In this document: one piece after another, positions 1 to 9,644 of the stretch
Position numbering within the stretch: position 1 is the first letter of the stretch
How the letters are laid out: each line of letters begins with the position of its first letter
Assembly: GCA_051942205.1 (NCBI GenBank)
Contig: JAVECO010000044.1
Coordinates: forward strand, 113,898-133,897
DNA: 20,000 bases
Source: Coniocarpon cinnabarinum
Taxonomy: Eukaryota
Reading direction: 5' to 3'
Translations under genes and position numbers: made by a program
The notes under the pieces: generated by a model
What the model was told of the DNA's origin: nothing
The model's database searches: none
Seen by the model: only the letters and a program-made list of their open reading frames with translations

Positions 1-245
1 GAGAAACCTGCGATCTTCTACTCTGTGATCATTGGAGCTACCGGTCCCATTCTTCTTGTCGTTGCACCTCCCATTCAGAAATACTATGGTTTCAAACCGC
101 CAGACCCGATTCCTCTGACATACCCCAGTACGTGATTTATCAGACACTGGTTCAATCCTAGACTACGTCAAATGCTCACATGGATCGTTTACTAGTTCCA
201 ACAGGACCACGGAAAATACCGGAAGGCTTTGATGATCCAAAATAA
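1..245 (+). CDS. nuo9.5: NADH:ubiquinone oxidoreductase (complex I) 9.5 kDa accessory subunit (NI9M/NDUFA3-like), 5'-truncated; exons <1-127 and 196-245
   Basis: Frame 1 reads EKPAIFYSVIIGATGPILLVVAPPIQKYYGFKPPDPIPLTYP. A 68-nt intron (GTACGT...TAG, 128-195) is followed by IPTGPRKIPEGFDDPK* (TAA 243-245). The EKPAIFxS...GP...P..IPxTYP.P...R....GxDD pattern is what I recognise for the fungal 9.5-kDa subunit. Confidence 0.85.
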
Positions 246-560
246 GGCGAAGAACGAAACATCCGAAGCGTCAACAAATACAGGCCATGCGCAGTACCAT
301 TCGAAGCGCGGAACAGAATTTGATACCTAGCGATGATACCTGAATAACGCATGCACTGTCGTATTTGCGGCAGAGGCTTGATTGCACAACTAGAGAATGG
401 AATAGACCCTGGTAGACCTTGAATGACACACCAAGTGTATGATAAAAAGCCTCTGCGAAAGCAGACCTGGTTCATGGGGTCATCTGTGCTATCTATTGGT
501 CTTCCTAATTTCTAGTTTCAAGCAGTCGCCTGCCGTTGGCTGTCATGTCTATTGTCACTT

Positions 561-2348
561 TCATTTTCGTTTGTTCTTTTTCTTTGACTTGCTGCTGGCA
601 CTATTAAGTTCCCCAGAAGAAGATGCACCATCCATTACACTCTCTGCGACCCGTGAGGCACCCAGACTGATCCCCGATGGACTGACGACTGCATCTGTAC
701 TTCCTCTAGATCTGACGCTGGACCTCGAAGGGCTTTGATTGCGAGCCGATGCGACTGCTGCAAATGACGGAGCAGCAGGCGTTTCCGCAATAAGAGCCGG
801 AGGAAAGTCAGAGCTTGGTGTAGTGTATTCTGTGCCGGTGTTCGGGGAGTCAAAACTGTCGGAAACGCGCCCGTCAATCTGGCGAGCCTTTCCTGGCATG
901 AGACGCTCGTCCTCGCTAGTGTATACGGGCGGCTGCGGTGAGTTGTATGAAAGAAGTCGCGACACTTGAGTTCTACTTTCAGTGGCCTTCGTTGTACCAA
1001 CAGGCCTAGCGTGGAAAGCCAGTGCGTCGAAAACATGAGGAAATACCAATTTGTCGACATCGGCTGCCCATAGAAAGTCCAAATGCTCATACTTTGGCAC
1101 TTCGCGAGCAACAGTGTGTTTAGGCAGCTCCTTCAGCATCACGTCGATGTTGACCAAGCTGTCGGAACCGCCATAGACCAATACCACTGGAGTTCGTATG
1201 TTGCGCGTCGGGAATTTGGGCACCTTGTAATACCGCCTACCGTCTGCAATACTGAGCGGTCTCTGCACCTCGTCATCGAAGAAGATGAAGCTAGCGTTCC
1301 GTATAATCTGAAACCAATGCACAACCGACTTCGTACTCGTGAAGCTATACAGATGAGGATAGGCAGCCAATTTCTGTTGTTGTGTGATATTCTGCGTCTC
1401 CCAGCCGAACAGAAATCGCAGGGCTGTGTCAATACATCTGACGAAGATGGGTGGATACAAAAGAGCCTGCCACATAGTCGCTGAGCTTAGCATGCTCCGG
1501 CGACCAAATGCAAGATACAGCACTTCCGGAGAAGTCTTGACAAGCGAAGCGACGATGCCGTTGGCGAGACCTGGTGGAGACATAGCAGGGGCCAAAGCGA
1601 TGAAGACGTCAACCTTTTGATTGAGTTTTGGATGAATAGACAGAGTTGCAAAAGCTTGAGCAGTGCCCTGTGAAAACCCAATGTAGGAGAGAGACGATTG
1701 AGTCGTTGCGTCGAGAATATACTCGATGCTGTCCGGGATGTCGTGGAAGGCAAACTGGTCAATAGAGAAGTTCCAGAACTCGTGCGTGTCAGGTGAGAAC
1801 TTGGTAGACTTTTTCGAGTATTTGTTGCCACGATTATTCCCTAGCCACACGTCGTACCCAGCGTCGACGAGCACGAATGGTAGAGCCTTGTCCTTTTCTG
1901 TTCGACATACCCAAACTTCGCTGTTCATCATAAGCCCATGATGCAAATATACGACTTTCTTCTGTATAGTGCCAGGGCCCGCGTTAACCCGCTGATCTTC
2001 TTCTCCTTTACGCCAAGCAAGCCTGTGCAATCCGAGCAGGTACCCATCCTCTGTATGCACCACATGTTCTTCCGCATAGTATCCGAAGAAGTCACATAGG
2101 TCCACGAAGTCCTGCGCGTGAGCAATTGGATCAGTCACTGGTTTGTGCTGAGCCCGATTCTTTTTGCTCTGCGGACTGCTGAGAGCATTGTACAAAGCCC
2201 GAGAGCGATCATGGAGAAAACCTAGGAGTCGCGTAGGTAAAGCGAGAGTAATAATGCGAACGAGCGACTCAACGGTTAGAAGAATGAAGGAGAGCGAAAC
2301 GGCCAGGTATTCCCTTAGATCAAGGCGGCGAAGGAAGGGCAAGCCCAT
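561..2348 (-). CDS. Alpha/beta-hydrolase lipase / sterol esterase (TGL1/YEH, lysosomal acid lipase-like family)
   Basis: Intronless ORF with an N-terminal hydrophobic anchor, the abhydro-lipase motif EEHVVHTEDGYLLGLHR, oxyanion region HHGL, GYDVWLGNNRGNKYS, nucleophile elbow GFSQG, catalytic Asp in GGSDSL, His in YEHLDF and a low-complexity C-tail. The start is placed at MGLPFLRRL (2348); in-frame upstream ATGs exist at 2360 and 2423. Confidence 0.93.
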   Translation of the reverse strand: MGLPFLRRLDLREYLAVSLSFILLTVESLVRIITLALPTRLLGFLHDRSRALYNALSSPQSKKNRAQHKPVTDPIAHAQDFVDLCDFFGYYAEEHVVHTEDGYLLGLHRLAWRKGEEDQRVNAGPGTIQKKVVYLHHGLMMNSEVWVCRTEKDKALPFVLVDAGYDVWLGNNRGNKYSKKSTKFSPDTHEFWNFSIDQFAFHDIPDSIEYILDATTQSSLSYIGFSQGTAQAFATLSIHPKLNQKVDVFIALAPAMSPPGLANGIVASLVKTSPEVLYLAFGRRSMLSSATMWQALLYPPIFVRCIDTALRFLFGWETQNITQQQKLAAYPHLYSFTSTKSVVHWFQIIRNASFIFFDDEVQRPLSIADGRRYYKVPKFPTRNIRTPVVLVYGGSDSLVNIDVMLKELPKHTVAREVPKYEHLDFLWAADVDKLVFPHVFDALAFHARPVGTTKATESRTQVSRLLSYNSPQPPVYTSEDERLMPGKARQIDGRVSDSFDSPNTGTEYTTPSSDFPPALIAETPAAPSFAAVASARNQSPSRSSVRSRGSTDAVVSPSGISLGASRVAESVMDGASSSGELNSASSKSKKKNKRK

Positions 2349-2633
2349 TCTGAATCCCATAGAGGTTTGTGTGTTACGAGCGCAGCTCGAACCAGGGAAG
2401 AATGAGCGTGGGAGCCACTGCATCTAAGTGCTGAGAGTCAATGGCAGCAAAGTGGCATGTGCCTCGAGCATGTGAAAGCTTGTGATCGCGGGCTAAGGCA
2501 GAGGCGAGACTAAATAGGAAGTCTGTGATATACTTCGTCTTAACGTAAAGCAATGATCACTTCCAAGGTTTTCTAGTGATCTTTTTGAGAACATTATCGC
2601 AATTAGCTTATTGCTGCTGTCACCTACGCCGCA
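2349..2633. promoter_or_regulatory. Short divergent (likely bidirectional) promoter region between the lipase and COA5/PET191
   Basis: Head-to-head start codons are about 285 bp apart (about 210 bp if the 2423 ATG is used). Inferred from gene geometry only. Confidence 0.5.
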
Positions 2634-3076
2634 ATGCCTTCCTCGTGCAAGGACATCCGTAAGCCTCTCAAACCTGCAAAGAAGCCTATTGATGACTGAC
2701 GTCATTTCAACGTAAAGGTTCCGAGTTGGCTTCATGCCTTCAGTACAGCGATTGCGTCTTCATTGAGCGCAACAAGCCCGGTGATTGCCTGCGTCCGCCT
2801 CTCCGAGACACTCTTCCTACGCAATGTCAGCAGCTTCAAAAGTCGTACGCCGAATGCAAGAAAGGCTGGGTGGATATGCGCAAACGCTTCAGAGGAAATC
2901 GTCCAATCAGCATGTCTCAAGAAATTGAGGCAGATGCATCTGGTCAAAGCTATCAGCTCTACAGCGGGACTCCAGCGTTTCCTCGTGGGGTCACTGGTAC
3001 AGCTGAAGGCATGAGCGAGGAAGAACGAATAAAGGCTGGCGAAGAAGCACGAAATCCCTTGGACAGGGGACAGTAA
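2634..3076 (+). CDS. PET191: Cytochrome c oxidase assembly factor COA5/Pet191 (twin CX9C protein); exons 2634-2658 and 2718-3076
   Basis: ATG at 2634 gives MPSSCKDI. A 59-nt intron (GTAAGC...CTGAC branch...AAG, 2659-2717) restores the frame to R-SELASCLQYSDCV...DCL...CQQLQKSYAECKKGWVDMRKRFRGN. CX9C pairs and the D.R.RFRGN signature are present. Confidence 0.92.
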
Positions 3077-4122
3077 TATCAAGGGCCGTGTCAGACAATA
3101 GGTTCTGTCTCGCGTTTCTCTCTCCTAGACAGCATCATGATAAATTGGGCCTGATGAAACTCATATAAGACCACTCTGACGGAGACCAAGGCATCGGGAG
3201 TCCTCTGCATAACCATCATAAGTCCCTAGGCGCCTCTGATGCTCAACGTTTTCGAGCGGTTCGTCCAAGCTCCGGCTGCTCGTTCTAACCTCCCACAGAA
3301 GCCACGGGGAGAAAGCTCATCCGCCGCTCGTTAGCACACTCGCATCAGTGCAATGACAGCAAGAAAGCTTGCTGCACCCGATGGGCTTTTGATCGTGGCA
3401 ACTCTGGGTTCACATTGCATGCTAAGCATACCTCCTACAATGCAATGGTGTCGCCGCTATCGCAGTGGTCGAACGTCATTTTAACTCGCGATCTCGCCGT
3501 GGACCCTGGAATCTGTGTGCCTCAGAGGAACGACAGGCTCACCCACATGGCCAGGATCGAATCCGTCCTTTGAACGCAACGCTACTGGCTCAGAGCATGT
3601 AGCATGGTCGCGAGAATTTAAGCGCGTTGAGAACTCGAGAAGGCTCTGGAAGAAAAACAATGATCGAGTCCCAGCAAGAGTCTTCGTTGGAGGTGAGGCA
3701 GATGTCCACGTACGTGGAGAAAAAGCTTGCATAAATCAGTGAAGAGTCCCGTGTGTCCAAAGACTTTTATATGCTTACAAAGAGCACAAGCAGCCTTGCG
3801 ATCATGGGCAGATTAGAATTTTGAAAGGGGTCAACAAGCATCAAAGTCACCTCGGCGGTCCTTTCAAAACAGAGTGCCGCCTCGCTAGAGTCTAGCAAAA
3901 GGATTCTTAATAGCCCCAGCGCCCCCAATATCAAAAGGCGCAAATCCTCCCGAAACATGTCATCCTGCAGCCAATGACGCCATGCACGATACGCGCTAGA
4001 CAGTGCGGGCGTATATCCTGCCTATACGATGGAAAGGCTCGCTTGATGCATCCACCCTAAACCAGCCATGGACTCAAAATTTCGAAGTAATTACTGCCCA
4101 AGAGGTTGCTCCACAATTTCTT

Positions 4123-4590
4123 CTACCTTGTACCACTTCGTTTTTTCTTTCCCTCGGTTGACCGACCGCGCTTTCCTTGGGGTTTCGTTGACTTGTTAGA
4201 TCCACGGTCTGATTGGCTCGACTTGCTTGCGTTACTTGCGTTGCTTGCGTTGCTTGAGCGGCTCGACGAGCGTGAATGACTTGACTCTGGGCCGCCAGTA
4301 GAATGGGTGGAGCCCCCATCGGTCATCCTCATTTCCGCTTGTTTTGGTTTTAGCTGTGGCCCATATCCACACTCCGTAAAGCACAAGCCCGCAGTCATGC
4401 ACCAGAGGATCATTCGACACGTCAGAAGGAAGCAACCGCAACAGCCATCAGTATTAAAAGGGCTGCCACTTATTCTCCACGAGTTCTCAGTGATACCCAC
4501 CTCGATTGCCTCAAAGCCTTGGCCTTCCGTCGTTTCGTCCTTTTTCGGCCAAATGGACTGCGTAAATGTTCTCTTATGATTGGGCGCCAT
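4123..4590 (-). CDS. Hypothetical 155-aa protein with a Cys-rich hydrophobic segment and a Ser-rich/basic tail
   Basis: ATG is preceded by a C/T-rich leader with A at -3. Contains GCCGCFLLTCRMILWCMTAGLCFTECG and an in-frame 9-bp repeat giving SNASNASNAS. No family recognised. Confidence 0.5.
   Translation of the reverse strand: MAPNHKRTFTQSIWPKKDETTEGQGFEAIEVGITENSWRISGSPFNTDGCCGCFLLTCRMILWCMTAGLCFTECGYGPQLKPKQAEMRMTDGGSTHSTGGPESSHSRSSSRSSNASNASNASKSSQSDRGSNKSTKPQGKRGRSTEGKKKRSGTR
4222..4256. repeat. Imperfect 9-bp tandem repeat (TTGCTTGCG-like, ~3.5 copies)
   Basis: cttgcttgcgttacttgcgttgcttgcgttgcttg read directly. It lies inside the 4123-4590 ORF. Confidence 0.75.
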
Positions 4591-5649
4591 ACTGGATTTG
4601 GATGAAGGTGGAGGAGATGAGCTGCTGGGATTGTTGAATGCGGCGATGTAGTGGCGTAAAGAATGAGGAGAGCGTATTTCGAGGAGCCAGCGGGTTCCAG
4701 ATCCGAATAGACATGATTACCCTTCCGGCCGCGTTAAGGCCAGTGTGGCCATTTGGTCCCGAGAGACGGAACACGGTTGGGATGTCGCACCTGATAGCCA
4801 GCCGAGCCCGTGTCACGTGATGATATGACAGACGAATCTGATCAGGCCCAGTGTATTTGTATTGCGGCTGCAACTCATATGTAATGATTTTTGAGTTGCT
4901 GTAAGATCTTTCCAAACTTGCAGTGCGATTTTCTAAGAACCATGGACCATGCATGACGAGTACACGTTTCTGTTTTCTTGCACTCACAGCCAAGTCCTTT
5001 TAATGGCGAGGGTGCATGAGCACTGGATCATCTGTGGACCTAATTTTCAAATACCCATTTATCAGGACTCTGGGACGCTGCTTTCTACATGAGCGCATCG
5101 CTCTACAGATATACTCGGTTGATCCTTCACCATAAATCACCACATCTTGCTGTTCTATTCAAAGTACCTCTGGGTGTGACCTTGATTGTCTTGATGGCGA
5201 GCATGAAGTGCTCTCAGTTGTTACCAGCTTATTTAATCGCCTCGAGAGAAGCCTGCGGTGGCTAATCAGGCTTGTACATTCGGTGGCTGCGTGCGTTGAA
5301 CATGCCGACCTCGTATGCCATTGGTCAGGCTCGGATTCTTGGTCACTGATTGTGGTCTTTTGGCTGAGGTGATAGAACACGAATGCCCACACGGCAATGC
5401 CGATCACATGTCTTCAGTCACCATGTCGCCCGTGTGGCAACAGTGAGGTGTTCGTAGCCTAATGGCCGTACAGCTTTACTCATGGCATCAGCGAAGTATG
5501 ATACTCAGGCCTGCCCGTATTGAGAGAACACAAAAGGCCGGAGATGTTGACATTGTTGCTGAGCGTACTCGAGGTTGCTCGCTGAATTAGCATCGCAATT
5601 TGAAGTGCTTCATTCACTTCGCAGCCACTGTTCACGCTGCCTGAGCCAC

Positions 5650-6261
5650 CTACCCAGCGCGTGGCTGGGTATATTCGGGAAATTTAGAAGGTTGATACAG
5701 AGGTGGATTCTGACTTGACTGAACGGAGCTTACTGCAGGTCCTGTCGATCGCTGCGCCGGCGGTGGATATATAATTCCATTCGTCTGGCCTGACCGAGTC
5801 GGCTGTTCGGGTGGTCCTCTAAAAGGCTGGCCAGAGGCCGTGTTTCCGGGTTGCCTCATACCCACATGTGCCGCACCACCTCCATTTTGGCCCTTTTCCT
5901 CTTGCTCAAACCGTTGATTGGAAAGCTTAGCCGAGTCTTCAACCTTTTGTTTTGCCACACGTGCTCTGAACCCCTGGTACCAGCGGCGGGCGCGTTCTTT
6001 GTTTGCCTCGCGCTTCTTCCGTGGCAGGAAAATGATGCACGTCCTCATTATCGCATACCCAATGCCTCCCAAGATTTCCCAGGTATTGTCTTTCATCCTG
6101 CGACAGATCCAAAGCACACCTTTGCCAATCCAAACAAAGACCATTCCAGACTTTTTGAAGAGCAGAATGATTCCATCGACGCAAAGTTCGAAGGGCCAGA
6201 CAAGAAGATCACAAATCTTCTCGAGCTTGCTCTTGCCTGGGGCAAAATTGGGCTGCGCCAT
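5650..6261 (-). CDS. Hypothetical 203-aa membrane-associated protein
   Basis: Longest ORF in the central region. It has an amphipathic/hydrophobic N-terminal third, a charged helical middle and a P/Q/S-rich disordered C-terminus. No family recognised. Confidence 0.6.
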   Translation of the reverse strand: MAQPNFAPGKSKLEKICDLLVWPFELCVDGIILLFKKSGMVFVWIGKGVLWICRRMKDNTWEILGGIGYAIMRTCIIFLPRKKREANKERARRWYQGFRARVAKQKVEDSAKLSNQRFEQEEKGQNGGGAAHVGMRQPGNTASGQPFRGPPEQPTRSGQTNGIIYPPPAQRSTGPAVSSVQSSQNPPLYQPSKFPEYTQPRAG

Positions 6262-7165
6262 CTCGTGAGGCTCGAAGATGTCCCGAAAATGGACCTAGGG
6301 AAAATAGATACAATGTGATAATTATGCAAGCTCTTAGATGACGAACTTACTAGAAGAGTAAGGTGAGACGCTGGCGGAATGGTTGGACCAAGAAAATCCT
6401 TGGTAGGGTGCGACAGGCCGAAAGAAGCAGAGCCTAGCGACAAGACGAACACGTTTCAAGATGTCATTGGGGTCAGCGCGGGGAACGCATCTGGCAGTGT
6501 ATGGCATTGAGTCCCGTGTCTCACCACGAGTATAACAAAAAAGGATAGCTGGCATTGATGCGAGCCGTTTGGAACCCAGCCAACCTAACAGCTTCGCCCG
6601 GCCGTGCAACGAAGCTCTGGACCTGAAGGACCGTCACCAAGAAGCATAGAGCTTTTCTTTGACGACGCAAAACAAGCAATGTGGTCCTCGAGCAACTTGT
6701 GCGTCAGCCACGAACACTACATGTAGGTCGTGGAGCAGTGTCTCTCCAGAAAGATATTGAAAAATCGAAAATGAACAGACTGTCAGCATTGCGGCAAAAG
6801 CCACGCAAGTTGTCCTTGAGGCTTCAAATACAGCCAGAGAGGGTCGCGTCACAGGCCCGCGGTTAGATTCGCGGCCTGGTCCTTGCCGTGCTTATTAAGT
6901 AAGGCTAGCTTTACGAGTGGTGGCAAATCCAGTCGATAAATATCGATCCTCCTTTGACTCCGTTTCCACAGTTTGAGAACGCATACACATTTGACACAAT
7001 GGTCGAAAGCTGAACACAGCGTACGATAGCCACCGCCTGCTACATGGCTACTCGCTTCGAAGCTCGTCCAACTCAACGGATCTTCGAGGCGGTCTGAAGT
7101 TCGTCATCAGCTTTTCGACAAACACAAGATTATCGCTCTGGTGCTCAAAGAAGCTCTCCAGCTTA

Positions 7166-7664
7166 CAGCGCTTTTCATGAAGACTGACAATGGTTGGTCC
7201 GTGCACTGATGCACACACACACATCTCCTGAGGTCAACGTTGTCGCCAACGTCGCCGCTGACGTCGCCGCTAACGCTGCCGTCGACGTCGTTTTCTAATA
7301 GAATAGTAAGGACTAGCTATACAAGCCTATTACTGCTTCTTCCGGCTTCTTTTGTGCTTTTGCGGCGATAATATGTGTAGATCGATATAAGAAGAAACTG
7401 GGGCAGGGTAAGCTTAGGCAGGGTAAGCTTAACGCTAGAAAAATCCACTCAGTGAAGACGATCGCCGCAAAAGTATACAAGAAGCCGGAAGAAGCAGTAA
7501 TAGGCTCGTATAGACTATTTATCTTAATATTACTAAAAACGACGTTAGCGGCAGCGTCAGCGGCGACGTCGGCGGCGACGTCAGCGACGACATCAAGCTC
7601 AGGAGATGTGTGTGTGTGCAGCAGTGCACGGACCAACCATTGTCAGTCTTCATGAAAAGCGCTG
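7166..7664. mobile_element. 499-bp fold-back MITE with ~204-bp inverted arms and TA target-site duplication (Tc1/mariner-type ends)
   Basis: TA|CAGCGCTTTTCATGAAG...CTTCATGAAAAGCGCTG|TA, with TA at 7164-7165 and 7665-7666. The outer 67 bp of the arms match with one mismatch. The arms span 7166-7369 and 7461-7664 around a ~91-bp spacer. No transposase is encoded. Confidence 0.92.
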
Positions 7665-8264
7665 TACCCCCTTGTGTTCCTAATGCCAAACCTCGTGCAT
7701 ATTCCTTGAATTGCTTAGATCAACCTCATGGGATCAGAACACACACATACGATTCTTTGTGGAGTCGCTAACGGCACCCTAGCTGACAGCAGCAATGCTC
7801 TCTTTACATGAACCATCGTGCATGAGGTTTCCTGACGGCAAGCTGCCCAGAAGCAGAGGCTGTCAAGAGATTTAGGGATTTTTGCTTGGCCTGAAGGAAA
7901 ACCTCACTTTTCGCAGCAACAGTAAGACTGCTTTAGCCCTTAATACGGATATCTTTAGCAAATCTCAGCTGTAGTATTAGACATCTCTGATGAAGGACCA
8001 GCTTCTAACAACCGTATTGATCAAGGACTATTGAGCAAGGACTTCTATATGTGGAGTGAGAGAGAGATATTGCAAAGACGACTAATTGTATCCAGCTTTA
8101 GTATTCAGAGGCGCATATGGTGCCAGTCACTACATCAATACGTCACACGGTGGACGGCGCTACGCCCTCCCCTGCTACCCGCATCATAGAACTCGAGCAC
8201 GAGGACGTTCCCCTCTTTTCTACACGTCAGATCAGCCAATGCGTTTGACGGCGGCATGCGTGAC

Positions 8265-8561
8265 TCACGTAACGTCGCACGTCAAGTGCTTGTCATTGTT
8301 CTCAGCAGCGCCTTGAGCCACCGCCGCAAACTCACTCTCCTCAACAGGGAGGTCACTCTCGAGGTGTCGCTTCTTCTCCTCCTCACTCGTGAAGTCGCCT
8401 AGAGGCGGCGTGTTCCATGCGTCGTGGCTGACATACCAGTTGATGTTGTGTCCGCCGACGGCCATAACGAAATGATGATGAAACAGATGTGCAAAGCTGT
8501 GATGCGCATCTGACCAGATGCGGTTGGGTTCAAGGTTGGCAAAGGCGCCAAGAAGAGGCAT
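8265..8561 (-). CDS. Possible 98-aa orphan protein with a His-rich segment and an acidic C-terminal half
   Basis: Good start context (AACAATG) after a pyrimidine-rich leader, and the segment AHHSFAHLFHHHF. No homology recognised. Confidence 0.3.
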   Translation of the reverse strand: MPLLGAFANLEPNRIWSDAHHSFAHLFHHHFVMAVGGHNINWYVSHDAWNTPPLGDFTSEEEKKRHLESDLPVEESEFAAVAQGAAENNDKHLTCDVT

Positions 8562-9069
8562 TGTTTATGAAGAAGTGGGTGAAAAGCAACACGATGCAAA
8601 AGTCAAAGAGTCTTGATTCTTGTATAGCAAGCCAGCATAAGTCAAAACCCACAAGCATCCTGTTTATTTAAGGCCCACGATAAAAGAAAAATATCACGAA
8701 AACCGAACACGTTCGACGGTGTTTTGCTAGCCTTGGCCAAAACATGTTCGCTTGCTTACAGACGAGCGCAGAGAACAGCTGTTGCAGCTTGTCAGAACTA
8801 GTCTCGCTTCAATAGCGGTGCTGATGGCGAAACAGGCGAGACAAATGACAGCCGAGACAATGCAAATAGTCGCAGAGACAGAAGGCCAATTAAGATGTGC
8901 GGGAGCAACGATCATGGTCCACGAAACCACATATGATTTGCGGAGGCAGTGCAACTACTGAATTTGATGACTCTTACAGCTTAACACGTAAAGCCTCGAA
9001 AAACAGTTTCTACACGGACTACCTATCTTCAAACGCCGCCCCAATCACCTAGACCTTTAGTGCTTACCC

Positions 9070-9079
9070 GTCACGTGAC
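9070..9079. promoter_or_regulatory. Perfect palindromic E-box GTCACGTGAC (bHLH/Cbf1-type site); a related CACGTGAC at 9173-9180
   Basis: Motif read directly. RTCACGTG is the established Cbf1-type bHLH site, but function at this locus is inferred. Confidence 0.4.
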
Positions 9080-9644
9080 GTGTCAAAGCCGGTTTGGTCG
9101 CAGGATGTCGCCCCAGAAATCAGCTGTATCAAGTGCTTTACATGATGTAGTGACATACCAAAGCCGCCGTCACACGTGACTGAAGTGCCACGTATACAGC
9201 AAACCTCTCACTCGCGGCCAGTTTAGCCTTCAAGACTTGCATGTAATCGAGAGTACTCCAACCCAAGCAGAAATATCACACATCCATTTTTTTCGATCGT
9301 GTTACTCCTTCTGAACCGGTACAAAGCGTAAGTTCCGGTCGGTAGCACAAAGGCGACTTGAGCGAGACGCAACATAGCCAAATGAACAAAGAATATGAGT
9401 AGGCCAGTCGAGACCCAGGCTTTAAGACTCTACTCGTCCATTTGCTCGGATAGCCGCATGATATTAGGGCTATGAGGAACAGCTAAATCTATGATAACAA
9501 AGATGTATCGAGCCGCTACGGTATGCTCAAAGGGTAGTTATTGGTGGGATTTCAGTCGAGTAGCGTTATAGGAAATCGAACAGAGAAGTATCATGAACAT
9601 CTGTTACAAAGAAGTGCTGATGTGGCCCTAACTAGAAGACGATT

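Noticed and set aside
3137..3180. C/D-box snoRNA-like or hammerhead-like string (ATGATA...CTGATGA...CTGA)
   Set aside because: Too short, no terminal stem, no rRNA-complementary guide that I recognise, and no GAAA core. It lies in the probable PET191 3' UTR.
7313..7655. ORFs with VAADVAAD / AATSAATS repeats
   Set aside because: These are translations of the MITE's 12-bp subrepeats, not genes.
8699..8730. Imperfect palindrome followed by CTAG, resembling a Helitron 3' end
   Set aside because: Weak hairpin, wrong spacing, not followed by T, and no matching 5' TC end identified.
9543..9572. GGTGGGATTTCAGT resembling RNase P CR-I and TATAGGAAATCG resembling U3 box A
   Set aside because: Invariant residues and partner motifs (CR-V; U3 boxes A', B, C, D) are missing.
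9626..9632. CCCTAAC as a telomerase RNA template (also AGGGTTA at 12052-12058)
   Set aside because: Only 7 nt of telomeric permutation, shorter than known templates. No P6.1-like hairpin or nearby ATAAGT 5' splice site was seen.
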